The notes under the pieces are model-generated. The model was not told the origin of the DNA and searched no databases. It saw only the letters and a program-made list of their open reading frames with translations. Positions 39,083 through 50,518 of a stretch of DNA of 64,000 nucleotides are shown piece by piece. Origin of the DNA: an uncultured Bacilli bacterium. GTDB lineage: Bacteria > Bacillota_I > Bacilli_A > RFN20 > CAG-449. Positions within the stretch are counted from its first letter, which is position 1. Each line of letters starts with the position of its first letter. Location: contig CANRPC010000007.1 of NCBI GenBank assembly GCA_947632435.1, positions 15,327 to 79,326 on the forward strand, given 5' to 3'. The translations under genes and the position numbers were made by a program.

Positions 39083-40837
39083 ATGATTCCAAAAGAAATT
39101 GTTGATGAAATTCTATCGCGCGCGGATATTGTTGATGTAATTTCTTCCTATATCCCAGTTGAAAAAAAAGGCAATTCCTATAAGGCTGTTTGCCCTTTTC
39201 ATGCTGATACTAATCCATCATTAAATATTTCAAAACAAAAACAAATATTTAAATGTTTTGTTTGTGATAAAGGGGGAAATGCTTTTAGTTTTGTATCGGA
39301 TTATGAACATATATCTTATTCTGAAGCAGTTAAACATGTCGCATCATTAATTTCTTTTGATGATCCATCATTACATGAAAAAACTATCGTTAATAAAAAT
39401 CAAAAATTACTTCAAGCTTTGAATGACACTAAAGATTTTTATCACTATATTTTAAAAACAAATTTAGGAATTGATGGACAAGTTTATCTTAAAAAAAGAG
39501 AAATTGATGAAAATATGCAAGATTATTTTTCTTTAGGTTTTGCTCCATTTGATTCAAATAAGTTAATTAAATCAATGGAAAGCAAAAAACACGATGTAAA
39601 AATTCTTGATGATGTTGGAGTTACCATCAGAGAAAATGGCAATATTGCTGATAGATTTAAAGGCCGAGTTATATTTCCAATTTTTGATGAATTTTCTAAT
39701 GTTATAGGTTTTTCAGGAAGAATAATTAATGGTGAAGGTCCAAAATATGTGAATACTTCATCTACAATTTTATTCAATAAATCCGAAGTACTTTACAATT
39801 ATCAAAATGCCAAAAAAGAGGCACGAATTGTTAAATATGTTTATATTGTCGAGGGATTTATGGATGTATTTGCTTTATATAAAGTTGGTATAAATTCCTG
39901 TATTGCTTTAATGGGTACTGCATTTACTAATGCTCATTTAAGGATGCTACGTAAATTAAATGCTGAAATAAGAATAATGCTTGATGGTGATGAACCAGGT
40001 CAGCATGCAATTCAAAAAATGGTCCTGATGTTAGAAAAGGAAAAACTTTCTTTCCGTGTTGTTGATTATCAAGGTATTGATTTGGATCCTGATGAAATTT
40101 ATAAGAATTTAGGAAAAGATAAATTGTTACAAATTACGAATTCTTTAATATCTGGTAATGAATTTTTAATTAAACGTGGCAAAAAGGCCTTTGATTTAAA
40201 ATCAATTGATGGGAAAAAGAAATTTGTGCAAAGTCTAGTTGGAATGGTAAATTATTATCAAACACGATTAGAGAAAGAAGAATATTTAAAATTACTTGCT
40301 AAAGAAGCTGATATTTCTTATAATGCAGTGCTTGATTTAGCTAAAACTATTATTAAAGAAAAAGAAGAAATTCCAGTTGATAAAAATATCAATGTAAATA
40401 AGAAATCTAAAAATAAGTCAAGGCTTACTAATATAGAACAAGAACTATTGTTTCATATATTAAATGAAAAAAATGCTTTAAATCTTTTTTTAGAAAATCC
40501 TAATGATCATTTCTTTGATGATTTATATGGGGCCTTATTTAATTATATTCTTGATGATTTTATAGTTAACAAATCAATAAATCCAGCTTCTTTAATTAAT
40601 AAACTAGAAGAAGATCCAATAAAAAATAAGGTTTTAATTGATGAATTAGTTCGACTTTCTTCTTTACAAGAAGATTGTTTTCCTCCTTATAGTGATGACA
40701 TGTTTAAAGAAGTAATTATCGCCTTAAGAGATGAAATTAAAAGTTTAGAAAAAAAAGAAGATTTACAAATAACTTACCAAAAATATAGTTCTCCTTTAGA
40801 GGTAGCAAAAGAAATTCAAAAGAAAAGAGGTTCATAA
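39083..40837 (+). CDS. dnaG: DNA primase.
   Basis: Zinc ribbon CPFH...C..C and a Toprim EG.MD segment. Confidence 0.9.
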   Translation: MIPKEIVDEILSRADIVDVISSYIPVEKKGNSYKAVCPFHADTNPSLNISKQKQIFKCFVCDKGGNAFSFVSDYEHISYSEAVKHVASLISFDDPSLHEKTIVNKNQKLLQALNDTKDFYHYILKTNLGIDGQVYLKKREIDENMQDYFSLGFAPFDSNKLIKSMESKKHDVKILDDVGVTIRENGNIADRFKGRVIFPIFDEFSNVIGFSGRIINGEGPKYVNTSSTILFNKSEVLYNYQNAKKEARIVKYVYIVEGFMDVFALYKVGINSCIALMGTAFTNAHLRMLRKLNAEIRIMLDGDEPGQHAIQKMVLMLEKEKLSFRVVDYQGIDLDPDEIYKNLGKDKLLQITNSLISGNEFLIKRGKKAFDLKSIDGKKKFVQSLVGMVNYYQTRLEKEEYLKLLAKEADISYNAVLDLAKTIIKEKEEIPVDKNINVNKKSKNKSRLTNIEQELLFHILNEKNALNLFLENPNDHFFDDLYGALFNYILDDFIVNKSINPASLINKLEEDPIKNKVLIDELVRLSSLQEDCFPPYSDDMFKEVIIALRDEIKSLEKKEDLQITYQKYSSPLEVAKEIQKKRGS

Positions 40838-40838
40838 A

Positions 40839-42149
40839 ATGAAAAAGAAAAAAGCAGAAGAAAAAGTAACAAAAAAAGTAAAGGAAGTCGAAGAAGATAT
40901 TTCTTTAGATGAAGATTTAGATCTTGATGAAGATTTGGATGTCAATATAGACGCAGATATCATTCATGATGAAGATGAAATTGAAAGTCTAGACTCTATT
41001 AAAAAACGCTTTGAAAAAGAAGGAAAAAAAGAAGGTTATATTAATCAAGGAGATATTTTAGATGCCACATCTCATCTTGATTTAACAGATGATGAATTTG
41101 AATCTTTAATTCAATATTTTAAAAGCAAGAATATTGATGTTGTTTCTGATGAAGAAGAAAGTAATCTTGATGATCTTGATGTATCAGAAGAAGATCTTGA
41201 GAAAATGAATGATGAAGATTTTCTTGATGATGAAGATTTTATCGATGAAAATAAACAAGAAAATATCGATATTAATTTCGAAAAAAATATCGATTTATTG
41301 CAAGATAATTCCGTTAAAATTAATGATCCAGTAAAAATGTATTTGAAAAATATTGGATGTTTTAAATTAATTTCTTCTGAAGAAGAAATTGAAATTGCTA
41401 AACGTATTGAAAAAGGTGATAAGCATGCGAAAGATGAATTGACACAAGCTAATTTAAGACTTGTTGTTTCGATTGCAAAACACTATATGGGAAGAGGAAT
41501 GCTTTTACTTGATTTAATACAAGAAGGTAATCTTGGTTTAATAAAAGCTGTTGAAAAATTTGATTATACAAAAGGTTATAAATTTTCAACATATGCGACA
41601 TGGTGGATAAAACAAGCAATAACTAGAGCTATTGCTGATCAAGCTCGTACGATAAGAATTCCTGTGCATATGGTGGAAACTATTAATAAAATTACTCGTG
41701 TTCAAAGAACATTAGTGCAAGAATTAGGTAGAGAACCAACTGCCGCGGAAATTTCAAAAAAAATGGATGGAGCATTAAGTCCTGAACGCATTCGAGAAAT
41801 TCAAAAAATCGCTATGGACCCTGTTTCTTTAGAAACTCCAATTGGTGAAGAAGATGATTCTCATCTTGGTGATTTTATCGAAGATAAAGATGCAGTTTCA
41901 CCTTCTGATTACACGACAAAATCATTATTAAAAGAAGAATTATATGCCGTAATGAAAGATTTAACCGATAGAGAAGAAAGAGTTTTGCGCTTAAGATATG
42001 GTTTAGATGATGGTAGACCAAGAACTCTTGAAGAAGTCGGAAAAGAATTTGGTGTTACGCGTGAAAGAATTCGTCAAATTGAAGCTAAAGCAATTAGAAA
42101 ATTAAGACATCCAACAAGATCAAAGCGTTTTGGAGATTATCGCGATTAA
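40839..42149 (+). CDS. sigA: RNA polymerase primary sigma factor with an acidic N-terminal extension.
   Basis: Regions 2-4 including [24 protein letters not shown] and the region 4 HTH. Confidence 0.95.
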   Translation: MKKKKAEEKVTKKVKEVEEDISLDEDLDLDEDLDVNIDADIIHDEDEIESLDSIKKRFEKEGKKEGYINQGDILDATSHLDLTDDEFESLIQYFKSKNIDVVSDEEESNLDDLDVSEEDLEKMNDEDFLDDEDFIDENKQENIDINFEKNIDLLQDNSVKINDPVKMYLKNIGCFKLISSEEEIEIAKRIEKGDKHAKDELTQANLRLVVSIAKHYMGRGMLLLDLIQEGNLGLIKAVEKFDYTKGYKFSTYATWWIKQAITRAIADQARTIRIPVHMVETINKITRVQRTLVQELGREPTAAEISKKMDGALSPERIREIQKIAMDPVSLETPIGEEDDSHLGDFIEDKDAVSPSDYTTKSLLKEELYAVMKDLTDREERVLRLRYGLDDGRPRTLEEVGKEFGVTRERIRQIEAKAIRKLRHPTRSKRFGDYRD

Positions 42150-42796
42150 TGAATCTTTCTTCAAGACTAAAAGAAATTGTTGATTTTGTTCCACATGATT
42201 CAAAATTTGTCGCTGATATAGGTGCCGATCATGGACTTGTATGTTTAGCATTAAATAAACGCGAAAACATCAAAATTTTTGCTTGTGAAAATAAATTAGG
42301 ACCTTATAAAAAATTAAATGAAGCTTTAAAAAATTATGATAATATCTTGATTTCTTTTTCTGATGGTTTAGATGATTTACCATTTGAAGTTGATACCTTA
42401 ATTATTTCTGGTATGGGTGGAAAGACTATTATTTCTATTTTAGAAAGACATTTAGAGCATTTAAAACATTTAAAATATCTTGTTTTATCGCCACATAATG
42501 ACTTTTTTGAAGTTCGTAAAATATTAAATTCTTTTGAATATAAAATTAAAAAAGAAAAAATGATTATATCGCAAAATAAATTTTACACGATAATTCTTTA
42601 TGAACAAGGTAAAGAAAATTTATCATTTTTAGAGTTAAAATATGGCCCTATAATTTTAAAAACCAAGGATCAAGTTTTTAAAGAATTTATTAATAAACAA
42701 ATAGCAAAATTAAATGATATTTATTTAAGTTATAATCTTAATTTAAAACGAAAAAAACAAATCGAAGATGAAATTAAAGAATTGGAGAATTTATGA
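42149..42796 (+). CDS. trmK: tRNA (adenine22-N1)-methyltransferase.
   Basis: DIGADHG SAM motif and position after sigA, as for Bacillus yqfN. Confidence 0.7.
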   Translation: MNLSSRLKEIVDFVPHDSKFVADIGADHGLVCLALNKRENIKIFACENKLGPYKKLNEALKNYDNILISFSDGLDDLPFEVDTLIISGMGGKTIISILERHLEHLKHLKYLVLSPHNDFFEVRKILNSFEYKIKKEKMIISQNKFYTIILYEQGKENLSFLELKYGPIILKTKDQVFKEFINKQIAKLNDIYLSYNLNLKRKKQIEDEIKELENL

Positions 42797-43563
42797 TTTT
42801 AAGAAAAAAATTAATGAGAAAATTATATCAACTTTATCCTTATTATTTAGCTAAAAAAAATCATGATTTTGTTGGAGTTATGCTTTCAACAAAAAAAGAA
42901 GAAATTAATAACATTGTTTTATGTTTAGATTTAGATGAAGAAGTCTATAATTTGTTAGATAAAGATGTCGATTTAATAATTACCCATCATCCATTTTTAT
43001 ATGGAAAAAGTAAAGTTCAAATTTTAAAAAATGACCCTTTAAAAAAATCTTTGTATGATAAGTTATCAAATAGAGGAATAGGTGTTATATCTATGCACAC
43101 AAATTTTGATGAAGCAAAAGATGGAATGAATGATGTTTTATCTTTATTATTAAATTTAAATGATGTTTATGCACCTAATAAATTTCCTATGATGCGAATA
43201 GGATATTTACCTAATAAAATGGATATTGAAACATTTATTAAATATGTAAAAGAAAAATTAAATGTCAATTATGCTTTATTAGAAAATTATGGTAAAACCA
43301 ATATTGAAAAAGTTGCTATCATCGGAGGTGGAGGTTCTTCTTATTATCAAGTGGCTCTTGAAGAAAATGCCGATATATTTGTTTCTTCAGATGCTAGCCA
43401 TCATATAAGAAGAGATATTTGCAATCATCATTTTAATTATTTAGAAATTCCTCATGAAGTAGAGAGAGTTTTTATGAAAAAAATGAAGGAAGTTTTATTA
43501 AAAATTGATGATACATTAAATATTCAAATTATTGATCATGAAAAAGAAGTTAAAGTTTATTAA
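42793..43563 (+). CDS. Nif3-family dinuclear metal centre protein (YqfO-like).
   Basis: HH motif ITHHPF, size, and synteny after trmK. Confidence 0.7.
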   Translation: MILRKKLMRKLYQLYPYYLAKKNHDFVGVMLSTKKEEINNIVLCLDLDEEVYNLLDKDVDLIITHHPFLYGKSKVQILKNDPLKKSLYDKLSNRGIGVISMHTNFDEAKDGMNDVLSLLLNLNDVYAPNKFPMMRIGYLPNKMDIETFIKYVKEKLNVNYALLENYGKTNIEKVAIIGGGGSSYYQVALEENADIFVSSDASHHIRRDICNHHFNYLEIPHEVERVFMKKMKEVLLKIDDTLNIQIIDHEKEVKVY

Positions 43564-44438
43564 TTTAAATTTTTTAAATATTCTGCGATTGGATTAATAA
43601 TGGAATCTGGAGTGGAAGCTCCTGCGGTCAAGAAAATTTTTTTTGAACAATCAAATTTATATTTTTTAACTTCATCTAGAGTTGAAAAAAGCAAAACTAT
43701 TTTATCTTTATATTTAGTTTCTGCGATTTCTTTTAAACGTTTTGTATTAGAAGAAGTTTCATCACCAAGAACAATTACATAAAAAATATCTTCTTTTATT
43801 TCATCTAATGCTTTTTGTCTTAAATATGTTGCATGACAAATATCATTATGTAAAATAGCTTGCGGATATTTTTTTTGTATTTTTTGATATATATCTTCTA
43901 ATGCTAAATGTGATAAAGTTGTTTGATTAAAAACATGAACTTTATTTTTATTAACATCCTCAATAATAGGATTTTGATAATCAATAAAATGAATATTTTT
44001 ATTTAAAGATAACGCGGCATTTGATTCTTCATGATTTTTTATACCAATATAAAAAACTTCTTCTTTATTTTTAATTGCCTTATTAATTTCTTGCATATTT
44101 TTAATAACTCTAGGGCAAGTTGCATCTTTAAAATTTAATCCTTTTTTTTCACATAATTTTTCAAGTTTTGGATCATGTCCATGCGCGGAAAATATAACAG
44201 TTCCCTTTTCAATGGAATTAATTCTATCTTCTAAAGTTGATTTAGTTAAAACTTTTATGCCATTTTTTTGTAATTCATCCATGATATTTTTATTGTGCAA
44301 AAGATTGCCAAGTAGAAAAATATCGCCATCTATTTCATTTTTAACTTTAGCGACATAATTTAAGGCATATTTAACGCCTTCACAAAAACCATAGATACTT
44401 GCTTTTTTAACTTCCATGTTTTGATTATACCACATCAA
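43560..44438 (-). CDS. ispH: 4-hydroxy-3-methylbut-2-enyl diphosphate reductase.
   Basis: GFCEGVKYA and other conserved Cys-containing segments; 292 aa. Confidence 0.85.
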   Translation of the reverse strand: MMWYNQNMEVKKASIYGFCEGVKYALNYVAKVKNEIDGDIFLLGNLLHNKNIMDELQKNGIKVLTKSTLEDRINSIEKGTVIFSAHGHDPKLEKLCEKKGLNFKDATCPRVIKNMQEINKAIKNKEEVFYIGIKNHEESNAALSLNKNIHFIDYQNPIIEDVNKNKVHVFNQTTLSHLALEDIYQKIQKKYPQAILHNDICHATYLRQKALDEIKEDIFYVIVLGDETSSNTKRLKEIAETKYKDKIVLLFSTLDEVKKYKFDCSKKIFLTAGASTPDSIINPIAEYLKNLN

Positions 44439-44853
44439 AAAATGGTTTGTTAGGTTTTGTTTCCTCTTTTTTATTTAAGTTTTCTTCAGAATTTAAATTT
44501 TTATTTTGTTTTTCTTTAGCTTCTTCATCGACTATTTCTACATCAACTTTTTCTTTTGGTTTTTCTTTTTTCTTGTTAAATTTTTGTTTAACAACATTCA
44601 CAATATCTTTACCATTTTCTATTACAGGTTTAACTTTTTGATATATAGGTATAATAGAAGAAATGGTATCGATTCCTTTTTCGGCGTTGGCAAGTGCGCT
44701 TGATAAAGTAAAACCTTTTTTTGGTATACCATTCATTTCTCTTTGCCCCATTCTTGGCATAGTAAAGGGCGAATCATTACGATATGAATTTGGATTCATA
44801 TAATTGTTTTGATAAAAATTTGGATTTTGATAATAATTAGGATAAGGTCGCAT
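44425..44853 (-). CDS. Hypothetical protein with a Y/N/Q/P-rich low-complexity N-terminus and a K/E-rich C-terminus.
   Basis: 142 aa, MRPYPNYYQNPNFYQNNYMNPNSYRN.... Placement next to ispH matches Bacillus yqfQ. Confidence 0.4.
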   Translation of the reverse strand: MRPYPNYYQNPNFYQNNYMNPNSYRNDSPFTMPRMGQREMNGIPKKGFTLSSALANAEKGIDTISSIIPIYQKVKPVIENGKDIVNVVKQKFNKKKEKPKEKVDVEIVDEEAKEKQNKNLNSEENLNKKEETKPNKPFFDVV

Positions 44854-44953
44854 TTTATCACCAATTATTAATATGATTAAATGTTAAAAATGTGTCATGT
44901 ATTGACTTTTTTAAGGTTTAATTTTATTATTTAATTGTAATTAAGGAGGACAT

Positions 44954-45556
44954 ATGAAAAATTACAAAAAATTAGTTGGCGGATTAGCTCTTGCTTCTGT
45001 TTTCTTATTAGTTTCGTGTGAAAACTATAGTAAAGTTGATGCAAGTAAAGCTAAAGAAATTGCAGAAAAAAATTTAAAGAAAGAAGTTAGCTATACAAAA
45101 GGTTCAACAACAATGCATCTTAAAAAATTCGATTTTAAATTAGATGCTGCTATTAAGGATACTCTTGGCGCAGGTGCTTTAGGCGAAGAGGTTATGAAAC
45201 AAACAATTATTGATGGTATATTTGGTGAAGAAGGTCATAAAGTTGGTGATAAAGTTTCTAAAGATATGACTGCAGAAGCTATTCTTTCCTTTAGATTACC
45301 AGCGGAAATGTTTGTTGAACAAGAAGGCACAACTTATTATGCTGCTGGAAGCAAATTAAAAATTGTTAAATCAGGTGATGTTAAAGATTTAGCAGATCCT
45401 TCAGCAGGATTATCTATTTCTGGTGATGTAAAAGTTGAAATATTAATCAATGAATATAATTTTATGGCCGCAGAAAATATTACAGCGAATTGTGAAATCA
45501 CTGGTATGGCGACAATGACAATTGTCTATTCTATGACCAATTCTTATTCTAAATAA
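44954..45556 (+). CDS. Lipoprotein, hypothetical.
   Basis: Signal peptide with lipobox LLVSC. Confidence 0.5.
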   Translation: MKNYKKLVGGLALASVFLLVSCENYSKVDASKAKEIAEKNLKKEVSYTKGSTTMHLKKFDFKLDAAIKDTLGAGALGEEVMKQTIIDGIFGEEGHKVGDKVSKDMTAEAILSFRLPAEMFVEQEGTTYYAAGSKLKIVKSGDVKDLADPSAGLSISGDVKVEILINEYNFMAAENITANCEITGMATMTIVYSMTNSYSK

Positions 45557-45569
45557 ATTTTAATAATTT

Positions 45570-45609
45570 AAGGGAAAGTAAAGTAATATTTCTTTGCTTT
45601 CCTTTTTTT
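45570..45609 (+). terminator. Rho-independent terminator.
   Basis: GGGAAAG / CTTTCCT stem followed by T7. Confidence 0.4.
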
Positions 45610-45816
45610 AATTTTCTGTCTTTTTATTGTTATAAAAATAGTTTATACTTTAGTAAGTATAAAAATGTTGGTTATTAAAGGTAAATTTAATTTTTAAATT
45701 AGTATTAGAAAATTATTAATAAATTACAAAATTTAAATAACTTAAAACTAGTTGCTTTTAATTTAAGGAAATATTTTTATACGATGAAATTGATCTATTG
45801 ATAAAGGAGAATTAAA

Positions 45817-46353
45817 ATGAATCCCTGGCATGATATTGATGAAAAAAGAGTTAAGGCAAATGATTTTGTCGCGGTTATAGAAATTTCTGCAGGTTCAAAA
45901 AATAAATATGAACTTGATAAAGAAACAGGACTTTTAAAACTCGATCGCATCTTATATACATCAACTCATTATCCTTCAAATTATGGATTTATTCCGAAAA
46001 CTTTAGGTGATGATAATGATCCTTTAGATGTTTTAGTGCTTTGTTCACAAGCTATTCAACCTTTAACTTTAGTGAAATGTTATCCTATTGGTGTTATTAA
46101 AATGATTGATCAAGATCGTTCTGATGATAAAATTATCGCAATTTGTCAAGACGATCCAATGTATAATTGTTATAAGTCACTTGATGAACTTCCTAAGCAT
46201 ATGGAATTTGAAATAAAACATTTTTTTGAAGTATATAAATCACTTGAAAAAAATAAAGTCACTCATGTTCAAGATGCTGAAGGAAAAGAAAAAGCTATTA
46301 AAGTAATTCAAGATGCGATAGATAATTATAAAAAAACATTTAATACTAATTAA
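45817..46353 (+). CDS. ppa: Inorganic pyrophosphatase (family I).
   Basis: 178 aa with DGDPLDVLV-type motif (DDNDPLDVLVL). Confidence 0.9.
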   Translation: MNPWHDIDEKRVKANDFVAVIEISAGSKNKYELDKETGLLKLDRILYTSTHYPSNYGFIPKTLGDDNDPLDVLVLCSQAIQPLTLVKCYPIGVIKMIDQDRSDDKIIAICQDDPMYNCYKSLDELPKHMEFEIKHFFEVYKSLEKNKVTHVQDAEGKEKAIKVIQDAIDNYKKTFNTN

Positions 46354-46370
46354 AATGGAGAATATTTTAA

Positions 46371-46889
46371 ATGAGTAAATTACCTGATTATTATGCGACA
46401 AATATATTTGAAGTTCCAATATCTTTTTTTAAGAAAAATGGATTTAATTATATTTTATGTGATTTAGATAATACTTTAGATACTTATGATACATTAAAAC
46501 CTTCATCTAAAGTTTATGAATTATTAAATAAATTAAAAAAAGAAAATTTAGAACTAATTATTATTTCAAATAACAAGGGTAAAAGAGTTTCAAATTATGC
46601 TTTAACTTTAGGGGTAAAATATCTATCATCTACTTGTAAACCTTTTGGAGGAAAATTAAAAAAATTTTTATTAGCAAATGATTTACCATTTGAGCAATGC
46701 ATTTTATGTGGTGACCAATTGATTACCGATATTCCATGTGGTAAAAACGCTGGAATTAAAACAATGTTATTTGATCCAATATCAAAAAAAGATCAATTTA
46801 CCACACGGTTTAATCGTTTAATTGATAAACCTAAAAGAAAAAGGTTAATTAAAAAACACAAAATTTGGCATATGAATTTTGAAGAATAA
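46371..46889 (+). CDS. yqeG: HAD-family phosphatase YqeG.
   Basis: ILCDLDNTL HAD motif I. Confidence 0.75.
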   Translation: MSKLPDYYATNIFEVPISFFKKNGFNYILCDLDNTLDTYDTLKPSSKVYELLNKLKKENLELIIISNNKGKRVSNYALTLGVKYLSSTCKPFGGKLKKFLLANDLPFEQCILCGDQLITDIPCGKNAGIKTMLFDPISKKDQFTTRFNRLIDKPKRKRLIKKHKIWHMNFEE

Positions 46890-46905
46890 ATTAGGAGATT
46901 AAAAT

Positions 46906-48030
46906 ATGGAAAGAAGAACAAATACCGAAATTAAGTTACGTTGTTTTGGATGTGGGGCGATCATTCAAAATGAAAATCCTCGCATGACGGGATTTTTACC
47001 TCGAAGTGTTTTAGAAAACGAAACGCCACTTTGTCAACGTTGTTATCGTTTGCAACATTATGGAGAAGATGTTCCTAATGAAAATTTTTCGCGTGAATAT
47101 TTAAAAGTTATGGATGAAGCTAGAAAAAATAAATGTCTGATTGTTTATGTCGTGGATTTATTTGCTTTTGAATCATCATTAGTTTTTTCAATTTTTGATT
47201 ATTTAAAAGAAAATCCTTTACTTGTTATAGGTAATAAAAAAGATGTATTGCCAAAATCTGTAGATGAAAAGAAATTAATTTCCTTTATTGAAAATCGTCT
47301 TAACGAATATAATCTTAAACCATTAAAGACAATTATTTCTTCAGCATATAAAAATGTACATATTGATGAAATAATTAATGCGATTAACTTATATCGAAAA
47401 GGAAAATCAGTCTATTTTGTTGGAGCTTCTTCAGTTGGTAAATCTTCACTTATTAATTCATTTTTAAAAGCCTATAAGAATGAAACGAAAACTTTTATTT
47501 CTACATCACCATATCCTGGAACAACTTTAGATGTTATTAAAGTTCCTCTTGATGATAAATCATTTTTTTATGACACACCTGGTATTCTTGTAGAAAATGC
47601 AATATTTTCTCATATCGATAGAAATTCTTTAAAATATATTTATCCAAGAAATGAGATTAAGCCAAGAACTTATCAGATAAATGATAAACAATCAATATTA
47701 ATCGGAGGAATTGCACGTTTTGATTATGTTGAAGGGAAAAAGATTGGATTTACTTTTTTCATTTCTAATGAATGTGATTTACTTCGTTGTAAATTAGAAA
47801 AAGCTGATGAAACTTTTTCATCTTTAATTTTGCATAAAGATATTTTACCAGTGACAACAGGTGTTAAATCTATTTCAGATTTAGAAAAACATGAATTTAA
47901 ATTGCCAAATGGCGAATTTGATATTTTAATTTCGGGATTATGTTGGATTAAATGTTCTTCTGAAGGTGGAATAGTAAATGTATATGCTCCTAAAAATGTG
48001 CATGTATCTATTAGGGAATGTAAAATATGA
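46906..48030 (+). CDS. yqeH: Ribosome biogenesis GTPase YqeH.
   Basis: N-terminal zinc ribbon C..C...C..C and a circularly permuted GTPase (GNKKD...GASSVGKSS). Confidence 0.85.
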   Translation: MERRTNTEIKLRCFGCGAIIQNENPRMTGFLPRSVLENETPLCQRCYRLQHYGEDVPNENFSREYLKVMDEARKNKCLIVYVVDLFAFESSLVFSIFDYLKENPLLVIGNKKDVLPKSVDEKKLISFIENRLNEYNLKPLKTIISSAYKNVHIDEIINAINLYRKGKSVYFVGASSVGKSSLINSFLKAYKNETKTFISTSPYPGTTLDVIKVPLDDKSFFYDTPGILVENAIFSHIDRNSLKYIYPRNEIKPRTYQINDKQSILIGGIARFDYVEGKKIGFTFFISNECDLLRCKLEKADETFSSLILHKDILPVTTGVKSISDLEKHEFKLPNGEFDILISGLCWIKCSSEGGIVNVYAPKNVHVSIRECKI

Positions 48031-48323
48031 TGTTAAAAAAATCACAAATTAAACAATTAAAAGCGCTTGCTAATACTTGTAAAGCTCGTTACCAAATTGG
48101 TAAAAATGAGATAACTTCTGAAGTTATAGATCTTCTTGATAAAGCAATTACTAAACATGAATTAATTAAAGTTGATTTACGACAACCTATTATGAAAGAA
48201 AAAGAAATAATTGCTAATCAACTTGTCGAAGAATTACATGCCGAACTTATTTCTATTATCGGAGGAGTTATAACTTTATATCGTAAAAATTTAAAAAATC
48301 CACATATTAAATTGGTAGATTGA
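48027..48323 (+). CDS. yhbY: YhbY/CRS1-family RNA-binding protein.
   Basis: 98 aa with a KGxxxKxQ-like motif (LKKSQIKQLKAL). Confidence 0.8.
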   Translation: MMLKKSQIKQLKALANTCKARYQIGKNEITSEVIDLLDKAITKHELIKVDLRQPIMKEKEIIANQLVEELHAELISIIGGVITLYRKNLKNPHIKLVD

Positions 48324-49402
48324 TGAAAAAAATCATTGTTTATGGTGGATCATTTTCACCTGTTCATTTTGGACATTTAGAAATTGCAAAAAAAGCTTTG
48401 AATTTTTTGCATGCAGACAAATGTTTATTTGTACCAACATTAAATCCGAGATTTAAATCAGCACCAATAGATGCGAAATTTCGGGTGGAAATGTTAGAGT
48501 TAATGTTAGAAAATGAAAAGCGTCTAGAAATAAATTTAGAAGAAATTTTAGCTAAAGAAAAAGTAAATTATACTTATGAAACGTTATTAAAAATACAAAA
48601 AAAAGAAGTTGGAGAATATTATTTATTAATTGGTTTAGATCAAGTTAATCGCTTGGATGAGTGGTATAAAATTGATGAATTAAGCAAAATTTGTCAAATT
48701 GTTGCTTACAAAAGGAAGAATTATCCTTTAAATATGGATATTATAAAAAAATATAATATCAAACTTCTAGAAGGAGAATTATTTGATATCTCCTCAACAG
48801 ATATAAGGAATTTAAAAAAGCTTTATACGAAAAAAAGTATTTTGGATTATATTATTAATAATAATTTATATTACGTAGAAAAGATAAAACTTTATCTAGA
48901 TGATAAACGCTTTAAGCATTCTGAATCTGTGGCAAATTTAAGCTTTAATATTGCTAAAAATAATAATCTTGATCCTTATTTAGCTTATCAAGCAGGTTTA
49001 TTACATGATATTGCTAAGAATTTAAATAAAGCTGAAGCTAGAATGTTGATGGAAAAATATTATCAAGAATATTTAGATTTAGAAGAATTTACATATCATC
49101 AGTTTTTAGCAATTCATATTTTAAAAAATGATTTTCATTTAGATAATGAAATGTTATTTGAGGCGATTAAATTTCACTGTACGGGAAATAATAATTTATC
49201 ACCATATGCCAAAATTATTTATGCTGCGGACAAAATAGAACCATTAAGGAATTATGATTCAAGTGACTTAATAGATTTATGCTTAAAAGATATAAATCTT
49301 GGCTTTAAAGAGGTTTTAAAGGCGAATAGAAAGTATTTAAATGAAAAATATAACGTTGAGGAAGATAGATTAATGTTAAATTGCTATAATTATTATTTAT
49401 AA
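48320..49402 (+). CDS. nadD: Nicotinate-nucleotide adenylyltransferase fused to a YqeK HD-domain hydrolase.
   Basis: N-terminal GGSFSPVHFGHL (HxGH) and C-terminal HS..V...........LHDIAK HD motif in one continuous 360-aa ORF. Confidence 0.8.
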   Translation: MMKKIIVYGGSFSPVHFGHLEIAKKALNFLHADKCLFVPTLNPRFKSAPIDAKFRVEMLELMLENEKRLEINLEEILAKEKVNYTYETLLKIQKKEVGEYYLLIGLDQVNRLDEWYKIDELSKICQIVAYKRKNYPLNMDIIKKYNIKLLEGELFDISSTDIRNLKKLYTKKSILDYIINNNLYYVEKIKLYLDDKRFKHSESVANLSFNIAKNNNLDPYLAYQAGLLHDIAKNLNKAEARMLMEKYYQEYLDLEEFTYHQFLAIHILKNDFHLDNEMLFEAIKFHCTGNNNLSPYAKIIYAADKIEPLRNYDSSDLIDLCLKDINLGFKEVLKANRKYLNEKYNVEEDRLMLNCYNYYL

Positions 49403-49415
49403 AGGAGAAAAAAGA

Positions 49416-49736
49416 ATGGTTGAAATTAAACTAAATATTATAAAAAAAGCTTTAGAGGACAAATTAGCAACGGATATAAAAGTTCTTGATGTAAGGGAAA
49501 AAACACCATTTTTCCTTTATTATGTTTTATGTTCAGTAAAAAATATTCGTCAAGCAAATGCATGTATTGATGAAATTAAATTAAATCTTGATAAAGCAAA
49601 TATTACCTATAAAGATTATAAAAGAAATAGAACTACTTCATGGTCAATATTTGATTTAGGCGATATTTTGGTGCATATTTTTTTAGAGGACGAAAGAAAG
49701 AATATTTCCTTAGAAGAATTACTTTCAGAAAGGTAA
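49416..49736 (+). CDS. rsfS: Ribosomal silencing factor RsfS.
   Basis: 106 aa, position after nadD/yqeK. Confidence 0.85.
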   Translation: MVEIKLNIIKKALEDKLATDIKVLDVREKTPFFLYYVLCSVKNIRQANACIDEIKLNLDKANITYKDYKRNRTTSWSIFDLGDILVHIFLEDERKNISLEELLSER

Positions 49737-49742
49737 TTTTTG

Positions 49743-50429
49743 ATGGATATTAATTTAATTATCGTGGCAATGCAAGAAGAATTAGATGGAATATTGTCAC
49801 AAATAAAAGAGTATGAAATTGAAAAAAATAAATATACAACTTTATATAAATTTAAAATAAAAGAAGAAACGTATTATTTAACTCTAGGCAAAATTGGAAA
49901 AGTTGCCTCAGCATTTTTTATTGGTTATTTAGCTTCAATTTATAATATTAAACGTATTTTTAATGTAGGAACATCAGGTTCTTTAAAAGATAATGTGAAA
50001 ATTGGTGATGTTATCATCGCGGATAAAATTAGTTATTATGATGTCGATGTTACAAGTTTTAATTATGAACTAAATCAAGTACCATCTTGTCCAAAGTTTT
50101 TTGTACCTGATAAAAATTATTTATTAAATAAAATAGAGAATAAATATGATTTTAAAATTCATCAAGGATTAATAGTTTCAGGCGATACATTCATTAATAA
50201 AAAGAATGTAAATAACATTGAAAAATCATTATTAAAAGAAGCTCTATGTAGTGAGATGGAAAGTGCCTCAGTTGCTCAATGCGCTTATATATTAGATATT
50301 CCTTTTATCATAATTAGATCAATTTCAGATGTTGTAACAGAGGATGAAAATGCTTTAAAACATGATATAAATCTTCAAGAAGTATCTTTACATGCTGGAA
50401 GAGTGCTTTTAGATATATTAACTAAATAA
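49743..50429 (+). CDS. mtnN: 5'-methylthioadenosine/S-adenosylhomocysteine nucleosidase.
   Basis: IIVAMQEE N-terminus and the SEMES motif (CSEMESASVAQ). Confidence 0.85.
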   Translation: MDINLIIVAMQEELDGILSQIKEYEIEKNKYTTLYKFKIKEETYYLTLGKIGKVASAFFIGYLASIYNIKRIFNVGTSGSLKDNVKIGDVIIADKISYYDVDVTSFNYELNQVPSCPKFFVPDKNYLLNKIENKYDFKIHQGLIVSGDTFINKKNVNNIEKSLLKEALCSEMESASVAQCAYILDIPFIIIRSISDVVTEDENALKHDINLQEVSLHAGRVLLDILTK

Positions 50430-50489
50430 GTATTAAATTAGTAAATAATTAGTATTTATTTAGTAAATTAAATTAATGATATTTAAAAA

Positions 50490-50518
50490 GTGAGAAAGAA
50501 TATTTTTCACTTTTTTTT
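50490..50518 (+). terminator. Rho-independent terminator after mtnN.
   Basis: GTGAGAAA / TTTTTCAC stem (8 bp with one G-U pair), a 5-nt loop, then T8. Confidence 0.5.
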
